Of a stretch of DNA of 64,000 nt, positions 41,616 to 54,100 are shown one piece after another. Each line of letters opens with the position of its first letter. The first letter of the stretch is position 1. Under the pieces are notes generated by a model. It ran no database searches and had not been told where the DNA came from. It saw nothing but the letters and a program-made list of their open reading frames with translations. Source of the DNA: Macrostomum lignano (Eukaryota); the NCBI GenBank assembly GCA_002269645.1, contig NIVC01001948.1, positions 155,166 to 219,165 of the forward strand, in the 5' to 3' direction. The translations under genes were made by a program, and so were the position numbers.

Positions 41616-42849
41616 CCTAACTTTATTTATCTGTAGGCATGTACACTTCACTGTGCCTTGGGAGTTGGCCTTCAAGGCCGTTAATTACACGAGCAGAGCC
41701 AAGCCGAGATTCCAATTCAGCCCCAAATTAATGTGACTGCATTTGGAATCGAGCCTGGGCTACGGCCCCGACAATGTTCTTAATACGATACAAGGCATAT
41801 GCTATACGTATATAGAGATGCCTGATACCTGATAGGTCATAAATACGATCGAGCGAACAATAGAGATAAGATAAGAGTAATCGTTGTTTTGTTAATTACT
41901 GTCGCCTGATATTGAGTAGTGAGTAATTAATAATTGCATCGGCTAATTTGATGTCTGGCACTGATAAAGAAAATGATAAAGAAACTGATAAAGAAGCAAC
42001 ATGTTGATAGGTGTGCAGTAGGTTTGATAATCGTGTAAAATTTTCCTAAACAAATTAATGAACCATTTGTCAATGCCTTGCAAAATAGATAGAAAAAGTC
42101 AATCGAAAAAATAGCACTCCTACTAATCCCATCTTTGTTTTGACAACACACCAGTGAGTCATAATTGTCATTGATTTCTTCGAATACGAGTTCTGAATCG
42201 TAAATATTAACTATTATAATAGCTACTGTTGCGCACCTTTACTGTAAGTAGCTTTTTGACTAGCAATAGTTGTGGTTATTAAAACTCGTTACCGTGTTTT
42301 GTAAACTTATTTTTAGCTAGTAAGTTTATTTTTGTTTTATCTTGGCCCCAATCATTATCTGTGTATCTGTAAAGATTTTGCATAAGTAAGTACTCTATAC
42401 ATATATTAATAATCTTTCTGAAGATCACTTTTCTGCTTCTTTGCTTCTGTTATTTTTTTTATCAACTCATCATTAATAACTCACTTATTTTACTTTTGAT
42501 TCCCCACCTACTTAAGGTGTTGCAATTAAGAGTCGACTAACATTACGTTCAAGTTGTTTTTTTATAAACTTTAATTGCTTACACTAATTATTATGCGAGT
42601 ATCGTACTTTATTACTTGAGTTCTTTGTAAAAATCTTTAACTGTGACGAATTATACTTTTATATTGATATCATATATAACCAGAGATATCGTCACTTTTC
42701 CTAGAAAACTTTTACCATTGTTTTTAATTTCCAAGTAAATATTGTACAAGATTTGATAATGGGCAAATCCTTAAAAAAACCTGTGTAAGATAATACTATT
42801 AAAGTTTGTGTCCTATTGATAGTTGTAATTTAGACTGGCTACTCGTGGA

Positions 42850-43420
42850 CTAGACCAACCCCTCTCACCCCTAATGTTCGCACCCCTGACCAACCCCTCT
42901 CACCCCTAATGTTCGCACCCCTGACCAACCCCTCTCATCCCTAATGTACGCACCCCCAGACCAACACCCCTCACCCCATAATGTACGCACCCCTGACCAA
43001 TCCCTCTCACCCCTAATGTTCGCACCCCTGACCAACCCCTCTCACCCCTAATGTTCGCACCCCTGACCAACCCCTCTCACCCCTAATGTTCGCACCCCTG
43101 ACCAACCCCTCTCACCCCTAATGTTCGCACCCCTGACCAACCCCTCTCATCCCTAATGTACGCACCCCTGACCAACCCCTCTCATCCCTAATGTACGCAC
43201 CCCCAGACCAACACCCCTCACCCCATAATGTACGCACCCCTGACCAATCCCTCTCACCCCTAATGTTCGCACCCCTGACCAACCCCTCTCACCCCTAATG
43301 TTCGCACCCCTGACCAACCCCTCTCACCCCTAATGTACGTACCCCTGACTAATGTCTCTCAAACCTAATGTACGCATGCCTTTGACCAACCCCTCATCCC
43401 ATAATGTACGCACGGTCCAG
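42850..43420. repeat. Intergenic 35-bp minisatellite (CCAACCCCTCTCACCCCTAATGTTCGCACCCCTGA)
   Basis: Tandem periodicity. Confidence 0.93.
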
Positions 43421-44319
43421 ACCAAACCTAATTTTCCCCTAGTTCAGAGTGACTCCTAAAATCGAAATCATTATTGTCTAACTGCATAAACTTTTTATCT
43501 CTTATTCTATCGCCTAATTATGAATTTTCGGATGTGTCAACAAAGCAATTATGTGTTACTGAGATATAAATATAAACTTTAGTAAGTTCCAAAGAAAGAG
43601 TGGAGTTATCTCTTCTTGCTTTACTAATGACCCTTGTCATTTAACATTTTTACTGGCAATATTATTATATTATCATTTCATTATTAGAATCAACATCAGC
43701 ACAAATTTCAATAAAGTTTTGAATCCTAAATCTCACTGCAACCTGTTATTGGTTTGTATATTTGCTTTACTGTAATCTTGCTTGTTTTATTAAGTCACCT
43801 TCATATCCGCAGACTCGGACATAATAACCTGGTCAGCTTTTCCTGATTTAACCATTTTCTGGTAATTGGCCCGTGACTTCATATTTCTAGTTGAGATTTC
43901 AGTATATTAAATTTAAGTCTATAAATGGCTTTGTCGTTTGCGTCTTGGTAGTTTATATGTATGCATACTACACTTATAAATAATGCTCTCATGCAATCGG
44001 TATTACATTGAGCAGTGCGAGATTTCTTACTCTATAAATTATATCTCACTTTGAACCCCACAGACGCTTTTCTGTTTTTTTTCGAGTTCCGTTTCTGCGA
44101 ACAGATATATTAAAAATATAAAATATGATTTCAATATCAACAATACGTCAAGTTTAATAAGCCTGCATATTGACCAATGTCCGAAATTGTGCCCTAGATT
44201 TAAACTGCTTTCTTTTAACTTTATTTCTCTCTGCAAAAGTGGTCTATTACTATGACCCTTTGAAATGATTTTTATTTTCGTTTTGATTGCTACCACCGAA
44301 TTCCGAGCATCGGATGAGG

Positions 44320-45025
44320 CCAACCCTCTCACCCCTAATGTACGCACGACCCAGGCCTAGCCCTCTCACCCCTAATGTACGCACAACCCAGGCCTAGCCC
44401 TCTCACCCCTAATGTACGCACGACCCAGGCCTAGCCCTCTCACCCCTAATGTACGCACGACCCAGGCCTAGCCCTCTCACCCCTAATGTACGCACGACCC
44501 AGACCTAGCCCTCTCACCCCTAATGTACGCACGACCCAGACCTAGCCCTCTCACCCCTAATGTACGCACGATCCAGACCTAGCCCTCTCACCCCTAATGT
44601 ACGCACGACCCAGACCTAGCCCTCTCACCCCTAATGTACGCACGATCCAGACCTAGCCCTCTCACCCCTAATGTACGCACGATCCAGACCTAGCCCTCTA
44701 ACCCCTAATGTACGCACGATCCAGACCTAGCCCTCTAACCCCTAATGTGCGCACGACCCAGACCTAGCCCTCTAACCCCTAATGTACGCACGACCCAGGC
44801 CTAGCCCTCTCACCCCTAATGTACGCACAACCCAGGCCTAGCCCTCTCACCCCTAATGTACGCACGACCCAGACCTAGCCCTCTAACCCCTAATGTACGC
44901 AAGATCCAGACCTAGCCCTCTCACCCCCTAATGTACGCACGATCCAGACCTAGCCCTCTCACCCCTAATGTACGCACGATCCAGACCTAGCCCTCTCACC
45001 CCCTAATGTACGCACGACCCAGGCA
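44320..45025. repeat. Intergenic 37-bp minisatellite (CCCTCTCACCCCTAATGTACGCACGACCCAGGCCTAG), related to 42850-43420
   Basis: Tandem periodicity; shared 24-bp core. Confidence 0.93.
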
Positions 45026-45244
45026 TAAATTTTTTATTTATTTTCGAGTTTAAATGACTTCTGTAGTTCTGGTTTATTTTTTATATTTGTAATTAAAAGT
45101 CTTTAACATAGACAAAATACATGTAGTTAAAAGTTATTCGAAAATAGTCCGATTATTTTCTATAACAGTGTCTACAGAATATCGCATTTCGCTCGTATTA
45201 CTCGTAGAAAGATCGGTTCTCGGGACCGTCGAAGATTGAAAGAC

Positions 45245-48200
45245 ATGCAGCAAGTCAAATTAAACTATTTCATTTGTTTATTGTGGCTACTGTTTCATTT
45301 GGTGAGTTTGCATGTAACTACATCGATTTTTTATTTTTTCTAAGCTGAATTAGACACTTTGCGTGCGACCAATTTTATTTGGGGTTCGTGCACGAACAAT
45401 AGGCCAGGGGAAGAACGCGCACCTAAAACAGCGATAAAAGTATAACAACGGCTTTCCCATTTGTAATGCTTGCATGAGTGTGAGCATGAGTATGAGCACG
45501 AGTATGAGCATGAGTATGAGCATGAGCATGAGTATGAGCATGAGTATGAGCGATTTGTCTGTCGCCTTTGACTAATAAATCATGCCCCCCCCCTGACGGT
45601 GTCCCAGAACGTGGCCAGAGAGACAGGCAACGCGGAGCTGAGCATCAAGTTTATTCAGTACGAAAACAAAGACGCAAAGTTGGCCGATGGAGTTTTCTGC
45701 GAAACCGACTTCACCGGGATGAGGCTCGCAGACTGCGACCCCATTTTCAAGTTCGAAGTGATGCGCGAGGGAGGCAACGGGTCAGGCCCAGAGAAAATTT
45801 ATTAATGAATCGTTTGTTGTCTTCAAGTATTTTTACAGTTCAGTTTCAGTGATTCTTTGGATCTGTGGTGATGGTTGGTGAGCTGATCAAAGTTTCGCCA
45901 AGAAGCTCAACGTGTCACTCAGATGCTCAATTTGTCACTCAGATGATCAATTTGTCACTCAGATGATCAATTTGTCACTCAGATGCTTAATTTGTCACTC
46001 AGATGCTCAATTTGTTACTTAGTTGATCAATGTGTCACCCAGAAGCTCAACGTGTCACTCAGATGATCAATTTGTCACTCAAACCATCACCTCGTCACTC
46101 AGATGATCAATTTGTCACTCAAACCATCACCTCGTCCCTCAGATGATCAATTTGTCACTCAAACCATCAACTCGTCCCTCAGATGATCAATTTGTCACTC
46201 AGCTGTCACTCCTAATGTGGTGCCCTGTATAACTATGTATTCTTTTAATCAATTTTAATTGTATTTGGAAGACTGTATATCATTAAGGGGTTGTAGCCTA
46301 CTGGTTAGAGCGTCGGACTCACTACAGAAAGGTCGGGGGTTCGATTCTCGACCCACTCGGACCAATTTGTGCTCTTGAGCATGAAGACACTTAACTCTGC
46401 ATTGCTTCAGTTCACCCAGCTGTAAAATTGGTGCCAGCATTAGCTGGGGTAATTGAGGGTGCGTGTGGCGACCCCCCAGTCCTTGGACTGAACAGCCGTA
46501 CGCAGCCTTCAGATGCGCCGCGCAATAGCTGCGGCTGAGCTGTCGGTTGCACATCTGGCCATTAGGGCAGGTGTAATCAATTAAAATAATATTATAACTA
46601 TTAATAGTCGTAAAAGTAAGGCACTGTACATATTTCAGAGAGGCACTGTTCAGCTACAAGCAGACTGACCACTTCAGTCGAGGCGCTGTGTTCAAATTTG
46701 GAACCGTGATTGATAATATGGTCAATCCAATCAGTTTCGACGTGAAAATGGACGATCCGGTAATGCTAAAAAATGTATCACGCTGCTGTCTCACGTATCA
46801 AGTTTCATCTGATCGAATTACAACTTTTATTCTTATATCTTTTAGGCGCATATATATCTTATAGTGACCGTTGACGACTATGACCCCAGCGGCAAGAACA
46901 AACCAATGGACATATTTGCCCATATGCTGGCTCCCAGCCAGACTGCACAATATGCCAACTTGGTTAGTCCGAGCACCAAGCACAGGTTTGCAGCTTTTAG
47001 CTTTTTGATAACAGTTTTATAATGCATAGTCTGTTTACAATAAGGGCTTTAGCAACAGGGGCTTTAATAGCACCAGGGACGCTACCACCCGGTGCTTTAG
47101 CATCCAGGGCTTTAGCACAAGGTGCTTTAGCATCAGAGGCTTTAGCATCAGGGGCTTTAGCACCAGGGGCTTTAGCACTAGGGGCTTTAATAGCACCAGG
47201 GACGCTACCACCCGGTGCTTTAGCATCCAGGGCTTTAGCACAAGGTGCTTTAGCATCAGAGGCTTTAGCATCAGGGGCTTTAGCACCAGGGGCTTTAGCA
47301 CTAGGGGCTTTAGCACCAGTGGCTTTAGCATCCGGGGCTTTAGCACCAGTGGCTTTAGCATCCGGGGCTTTAGCACAAGGTGCTTTAGCATCAGAGGCTT
47401 TAGCATCCGGGGCTTTAGCACAAGGTGCTTTAGCATCAGAGGCTTTAGCATCAGGGGCTTTAGCACCAGGGGCTTTAGCACTAGGGGCTTTAGCACCAGT
47501 GGCTTTAGCACCAGGGGCTTTAGCAACAGGGGCTTTAGCACCAGGGGCTTTAGCACCAGGGGCTTTAGCAACAGGGGCTTTAGCACCAGGGCCTTTAGCA
47601 ACAGGGGCTCTACCACCCGGTGCTTTAGCATCCGGGGCTTTAGCAACAGGAGCTTTAGCACCAGGGGCTTTAGCAACAGGGGCTTTAGCACCAGGGGCTT
47701 TAGCACCAGGGGCTTTAGCAACAGGGGCTTTAGCACCAGGGGCTTTAGCACCAGGGCCTTTAGCAACAGGGGCTCTACCACCCGGTGCTTTAGCATCCGG
47801 GGCTTTAGCAACAGGAGCTTTAGCACCAGGGGCTTTAGCAACAGGGGCTTTAGCACCAGGGGCTTTAGCACCAGGGGCTTTAGCAACAGGGGCTTTAGCA
47901 CCAGGGGCTTTAGCAACTGGGGCTTTAGCACCAGGGGCTTTAGCACCAGGGGCTTTAGCACCAGGGGCTTTAGCAACAGGGGCTTTAGCACCAGGGGCTT
48001 TAGCACCAGGGGCTTTAGCACCAGGGGCTTTAGCACCAGGGGCTTTAGCACCAAGGGCGTCAGCACTAGTTGCGCCAACAATAGGGACGCCAGCCCAACG
48101 CAGTGTTCCTGCCAGAATCCTAACGCCTACAATTGTGCATGTATTTCTTAAATAATTCAGGTTGGCCATCAACTACCGTTTCATCTGCAAGACGAACTTC

Positions 48201-49409
48201 TACGGGTCGCTGTGTAACAAAAATTGCGTTGAAATGAATGACGACACCAATGGTCACTACAGTTGCTCGAAGGATGGCGAAAAAGTCTGTCTTGATGGTA
48301 CGTGAGTTGCTGAAAATTTGGGCCTGTGGGTTTGCAGACTTTAAAAGCTTTCGTGTGCTTCACCTTTGCCAGCCTATTAGGATTAAAATGATGAAATCGA
48401 TGATTCAGAGAAATAATTAGCCTAATTTTACTTTTTTTAATCCTGCAATGAACTATTTTGCTACAAACAAATAGCTGAAAGAATACGTTAAACCATGTGT
48501 AACTGTATAACTAACGGTCTTTGTAGCTTTTAAATCTTTATGTTTATTACTCGTAATTAGGGGTCTTTGTAGTCTTTGTGTTCTTTGACTAGCGGTCTTT
48601 GTAGCTTTCAAGTATTTGTGTTTATTACTCGTAATTAGGGTTCTTTGTAGTCTTTGTGTTCTTTGACTAGTGGTCTTTGTAGCTTTCAAGTATTTGTTTT
48701 TATTACTCGTAATTAGGGGTCTTTGTAGTCTTTGTGTTCTCTGACTGGTGGTCTTTGTAGCTTTTAAATCTTTATGTTTATTACTCGTAATTAGGGTTCT
48801 TTGTAGTCTTTGTGTTCTTTGACTAGTGGTCTTTGTAGCTTTCAAGTATTTGTTTTTATTACTCGTAATTAGGGGTCTTTGTAGTCTTTGTGTTCTTTGA
48901 CTAGTGGTCTTTGTAGCTTTCAAGTATTTGTGTTTATCTTGTAGTAATAGATAGCAGGTGGTGCAATTATTGTTTAGTCCCAAGCTTTTAGTACGGCTTC
49001 CCGAGGTACAATTTACTCTCGCTTTAGTTGACGTCCCTTACTTATAATATACGAAGTTGCATAATATTAACTCTTTCGGTTCACTTAATCAAGTTGATTA
49101 GTTTACTGTCATCACTTTTATATCATTTAACTTTTTCGAATAGATCCTGTTTCAATATTTTGTAAGTAATATTTTATTCGCTGTATCTATCATATTTAAA
49201 TTTAATTTGTTTTTCTAAAATTCTGAATTCTGAACGCCCCAAAAGTTTCACGTAACGTTCATGTTTATTTTGTACCATCAATTTTCCATTTATCTAACCA
49301 CTAAATCATCAGAAGGCGTGTAAGCAAATTTTGTCCAAAACCACAATTTACAGGTTGGACCAATGTCGAAAGCGACTGTAAAGTCCCTTCGTGGTGCGTT
49401 TGGTGCTGA
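45245..49409 (+). CDS. Delta/Serrate-like protein: signal peptide + C2(MNNL)-like + DSL domain, no EGF repeats or TM found; 227 aa, 6 exons
   Basis: Exons 45245-45301, 45608-45780, 46639-46759, 46846-46985, 48161-48297, 49354-49409 = 684 nt, phase-consistent. Signal MQQVKLNYFICLLWLLFHL. C2-like ELSIKFIQYENKDAKLADGVFC...DCDPIF, NPISF, LIVTVDDYD. DSL YRFICKTNFYGSLCNKNCVEMNDDTNGHYSCSKDGEKVCLDG|WTNVESDCKVP (6 Cys). The last exon and stop are less certain. Confidence 0.82.
45475..45550. repeat. Hexamer microsatellite (ATGAGY)n, DSL intron 1
   Basis: Direct reading. Confidence 0.9.
45910..46205. repeat. 20-bp minisatellite (TTTGTCACTCAGATGATCAA), DSL intron 2
   Basis: Tandem periodicity. Confidence 0.88.
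46287..46600 (+). mobile_element. tRNA-derived SINE, copy B (full length), DSL intron 2
   Basis: Pol III A box (TAGCCTACTGG) and B box (GGTTCGATTC). CORE/Meta-like middle (ACACTTAACTCTGCATTGCTTCAGTTCACCCAGCTGTAAAAT). AT-rich tail. Two further copies in the window. Confidence 0.88.
47045..48060. repeat. 15-bp minisatellite (GGCTTTAGCACCAGG), DSL intron 4
   Basis: Tandem periodicity; lies between verified exon boundaries 46985 and 48161. Confidence 0.95.
48515..48935. repeat. 78-bp tandem repeat, DSL intron 5
   Basis: ~5.5 copies; contains the GTGGTCTTTGTAGCTTTC core also seen in SNX27 intron 3. Confidence 0.9.
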
Positions 49410-50011
49410 TGCTGACCGATAGCACATGTACATTTTGCTACGCGTGTTCGCCTTCGGTTGGATGTTGGCCAAAAGCTAACAGCTTTTATCTAATAATCAC
49501 CATCTGGCAAACTTGTAGACCATCTATGTTCGTCACTGCGCACTGTAGGCGTACTACGAGCGTATTATATCTATGAGGTTTTTCTGGAATCATCCGTGTA
49601 GTTCGTAATACACTGCTGAACTTCCACTGGGTTAATTAAACCAATGATGTCAGTACCAACTTACCAAGACAAGAAAGTTTATCTCTATAAAGTTCACTTA
49701 GACATTGAATTGAATTGTCTAAACTTGTATGTACGTCTAGTATATATTCGCTTTAAAAAATGGCATTTTAATTGTTTTGAAATTTTGTTTACTCGTGTTT
49801 GATCGATTTTTATGACTTAATGATTTTTAGTAGCTGCATGGAGCAGTACATCTTAGCCGCCTTTGGGGTCCGGTCGAAACACACGTATAGAAAAACTGGA
49901 AGAATGATCCTCAACTAAACAGTCGCACAGAGACAGACGGACACTTACAAGACTCACTAAGACCTTGGCACCTCAAAAGACCTGCTTTGAGAACTTGAAG
50001 AAAGGATTCTG

Positions 50012-50537
50012 GGGGGTGTTTCTCGAAACTCACGTAAGTTCTATGGTAAGTTAGATCGTAAGAAAGAAATTTACGTGTAGCGTAAGTTTGCTCGTAAGAC
50101 GCTTTCTCAAAACTCACTTAGACTTTGCGTGGCTTACGCTGTTCGTAAGTCGTATCTGAAACGAAAAGTTGCATGTCTATGGTCATAAATCTGCAAATAT
50201 CTTTACTTAGTCTATCGTAAGTTGCTTTCGAGAAAGACCCACCTTCGATAAAGTTTAACTTGACTTGGTTTGACTAAAGCTTCACGTACTATGCGATTAG
50301 TGCTTAAGTGCGTCTTACGACTGATACCGAGCAGTCGTAGGGTTAAGATCAACCTTACGAAAGACCATAGACATACGAACGTTTCGAGAAACAGTCTTTT
50401 GCGCAAAGTTACGAACTCGTAAAGTTGCGATCAATCTTACGCATAGCTAACTTGCGAGCCCTTCGAGCAACCCGTAAGTGTAGCTTACCCAACTTACGTC
50501 TATGGTCGATCGTAAGTTACTTTCGAGAAAGACCCCC
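50012..50537. mobile_element. 526-bp non-autonomous DNA transposon (PIF/Harbinger-type MITE)
   Basis: 17-bp TIRs GGGGGTGTTTCTCGAAA / TTTCGAGAAAGACCCCC (1 mismatch). 3-bp TSD CTG at 50009-50011 and 50538-50540. Internal CGTAAG/CTTACG motifs. Confidence 0.85.
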
Positions 50538-50614
50538 CTGGGCCGCATATAAACCCTTCTCTAGCTTAAGGAACATAATAATAATAGAAATAATTATAAT
50601 ATAATTATAAAAAT

Positions 50615-50912
50615 AAAAATAATTGATTACACCTGCCCCGATTGGGCCAGATGTGCAACCGACAGCTCAGCCGCAGCTATTGCGCGGCGCATCTGAAGGC
50701 TGCGTATGGCTCTTCAGTCCAAGGACTGGGGGGGGGGGGGTCGCCACACACCCTCAATTATCCCAGCTCATGCTGGCACCCATTTTACAGCAATTTGTGA
50801 ACTGAAGCAAAAATTAATGCATGGTTTAAGTGTCTTGCTCAAGGACACAAATTGTTTCACTGTGGTCGAGCATCGAACCTCCTACCTTTAAATCACTAGG
50901 CTACAATCCTCT
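50615..50912 (-). mobile_element. tRNA-derived SINE, copy C (head internally deleted)
   Basis: Near-identical body to copies A and B. Confidence 0.85.
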
Positions 50913-51154
50913 ACAACACAATAACACGATAACAACAAAATACGCTGTTAGGTTCTTAAGCAGTCCGGAAGCTCATGCAGGAGCTACAGCAAAAACGTAC
51001 ATTAACTTTAAAAGTAACGTCCGATGGGCGCTATAAATAGTTATTGCATTAGAGTCACGCGTAAACAATTCGAAAAGCTATTTAAACACCTTTCTGTTTA
51101 AAAGCTCCAATGGTAAGATAGAAATAATTTTTCCAACTAAAGATTCCTCAAGCT

Positions 51155-54100
51155 ATGGCTACCATTGTGGACATCAGCCAGGGAAGAGTTTCAATGGCTT
51201 CTCTGCTACCCGAATTGCCAGTTGAGGATGGCACCGTCAGGATCGATTCAAGAGCCTTCAAAGTCGAGGCGAGGACCCTCGTAGCAGCGATTCGAAATCC
51301 GCAACTACGCCAACAATGCATCGATGAAATCTGTTTGACGGTGTCAAAAAAGGACTCGTTCACATCCGCACAGCGACAGCTGCTGTTCGACTGGTCGCAG
51401 TCGGCCGACCCTTGCAGCCTGGCTGACTTGGCCGGCGCAGTGGCCAAAGAAGGACATTTTGAATATGCAGAAATGTAAGCAATATTAGTGTATTTATACT
51501 TTTTTACTCATAGTTTTCTTAGCCAGAAATGCTTAATATTATTATTTTAGTTTTTCATAGGATGTAATTCTGTCTAAACTATCTCTACAACCCCTATCTT
51601 ATCTGAGTTTGAGGAGAGCAGCTTATGGTGAGTATGAATAGAAATACAGCTCTACAACCGCGGTACTTTGAACCATAGACTAAACTTCAGATTTGTAGGA
51701 GAATGATATATTCCTGCACGGTCACGAGTGCGGGAATGACATCTGCACGAGTGCGCGCTAGCGCACGAGTGCACGATGTCCTTCACGCACGAGTGAACGT
51801 GAAGGAATTCCATTGTCGGATGATTCATCGTGCAGGAATGCACAAAACCGTGCAGGAATGCATTTCTGCGCCTAATGCTTTTTCAGTGAGATTTTACCAT
51901 AGACATCCATTCCTGCACGCAAAAGAGTGCAAGAATGCCATTCTTGCATGGAAAATCAGCCGACAATATTCTTTCTTTTACTGCGATTTTTACTCTTTTT
52001 CTGATTCTTTGAAGACTCACAAGTGTAGGCTACTTTAGAGATGCTCAAAAAGGCATAAATGCTCAGGAAGACCCAGGCAATGAAATAATAGTACGTTAAT
52101 ACCCATGCTTTAGGGGCGTTAATGGGAAAATCAGAGGGCAATAATTTCTCATTAACTGCCCGCTAATTTGCATTAAAGTAAGTTTAACATAGACAATCGG
52201 GCGTTAAATGTCATTGACATATGGCCAAGCATTCTTAAATTGCTGACACTATTCATTGTCTATGGCCAAAAAGCAATCCTTCACCAATAACGCGACTGTG
52301 CAGTGAATCCCAAGCCGTGCTGTCAATTCCAACCACCGTGCTTTAAATTCCCGCACGTATTCAACTTATTAAATTTATTTAAGTCTACCTAAGCTACTGG
52401 TCTAATTCTACCTGAGCTAATGAGCTAATCCTGCCTAAGCTACTGTCTCAGTACCTGAGCTACTGACCCAATTCTACCTGAGCTACTGAGAAAATTCTAC
52501 CTGAGCTACTGACCCAATTCTACCAGAGCTACTGACCCAATTCTACCTGAGCTACTGACCCAATTCTACCTGAGCTACTGACCCAATTCTACTTGAGCTA
52601 CTGAGAAAATTCTACCTGAGCTACTGACCCAATTCTACCAGAGCTACTGACCCAATTCTACCTGAGCTACTGACCCAATTCTACCTGAGCTACTGACCCA
52701 ATTCTACCTGAGCTACTGAGAAAATTCTACCTGAGCTACTGAGAAAATTCTACCTGAGCTACTGACCCAATTCTACCTGAGCTACTGACCCAATTCTACC
52801 TGAGCTACTGAACCAATTCTACCTGAGCTACTGACCCAATTCTACCTGAGCTACTGACCCAATTCTACCTGAGCTACTGACCCAATTCTACCTAAGCTAC
52901 TGAACCAATTCTACCTGAGCTACTGACCCAATTCTACCTGAGCTACTGACCCAATTCTACCTGAGCTACTGACCCAATTCTACCTGAGCTACTGACCCAG
53001 TTCTACCTGAGCTAGTGAACCAATTCTACCTGAGCTACTGACCCAATTCTACCTGAGCTACTGACCCAGTTCTACCTGAGCTACTGACCCAATTCTACCT
53101 GAGCTACTGACCCAATTCTACCTGAGCTACTGACCCAATTCTACCTGAGCTACTGACCCAATTCTACCTGAGCTACTGACCCAATTCTACCTGAGCTACT
53201 GACCCAATTCTACCTAAGCTACTGAACCAATTCTACCTGAGCTACTGACCCAATTCTACCTGAGCTACTGACCCAATTCTACCTGAGCTACTGACCCAAT
53301 TCTACCTGAGCTACTGACCCAGTTCTACCTGAGCTAGTGAACCAATTCTACCTGAGCTACTGACCCAATTCTACCTGAGCTACTGACCCAGTTCTACCTG
53401 AGCTACTGACCCAATTCTACCTGAGCTACTGACCCAATTCTACCTGAGCTACTGACCCAATTCTACCTGAGCTACTGACCCAATTCTACCTGAGCTACTG
53501 ACCCAATTCTACTTGAGCTACTGACCCAATTCTACCTGAGCTACTGACCCAATTCTACTTGAGCTACTGACCCAATTCTACCTGAGCTACTGACCCAATT
53601 CTACCTGAGCTACTGAACCAATTCTATCAGCCGAGGTACCGAAATTTAGGACTGAAACTTACATGTTCGCAGGCAAAAATGTTTTCCATTGCTATTGTCA
53701 CTTAATTAAAATAATTATAAAGCTGATGTAACCGCCCTTGTCGCCTGTCCGCTCCGTTGAGAGACGAACGCATGACTAGAGGGGGGCAATGACCGTAGGC
53801 TGCCTATGACCGGGCAATGACCTGACGGACCTCCAGCACCAGACTGTCCCGCCCACATGATTGATAGCTTTGGTAGCGCTTCGTGACCAGAGGGCCAAGG
53901 ACCCACATGGACCCCACCTGTAGCCAAGGTGCAATAGTTGGTCACTCGGTCATAGTATGACCGAGTGGCTGCCACAACTCTATGTGACCTGGCGCACCTG
54001 GATCTTTCTACCAGACCTCTCGAGGCTAGAGCCCCGCCTGGGATGGTTACCAGGAGATTTAGGCTAACAGGGGAGACACATGCAGCCGAGTACAGGGACT

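Noticed and set aside
46287-46360. Possible tRNA gene
   Set aside because: A and B boxes are present, but it continues into a body shared with two other copies and the acceptor stem does not close. It is a SINE head.
46997-48172. 391-aa KAPGA-repeat ORF and 377-aa ALAPG ORF resembling histone H1 or an adhesin
   Set aside because: A 15-bp minisatellite open on both strands, bounded by verified DSL exon junctions.
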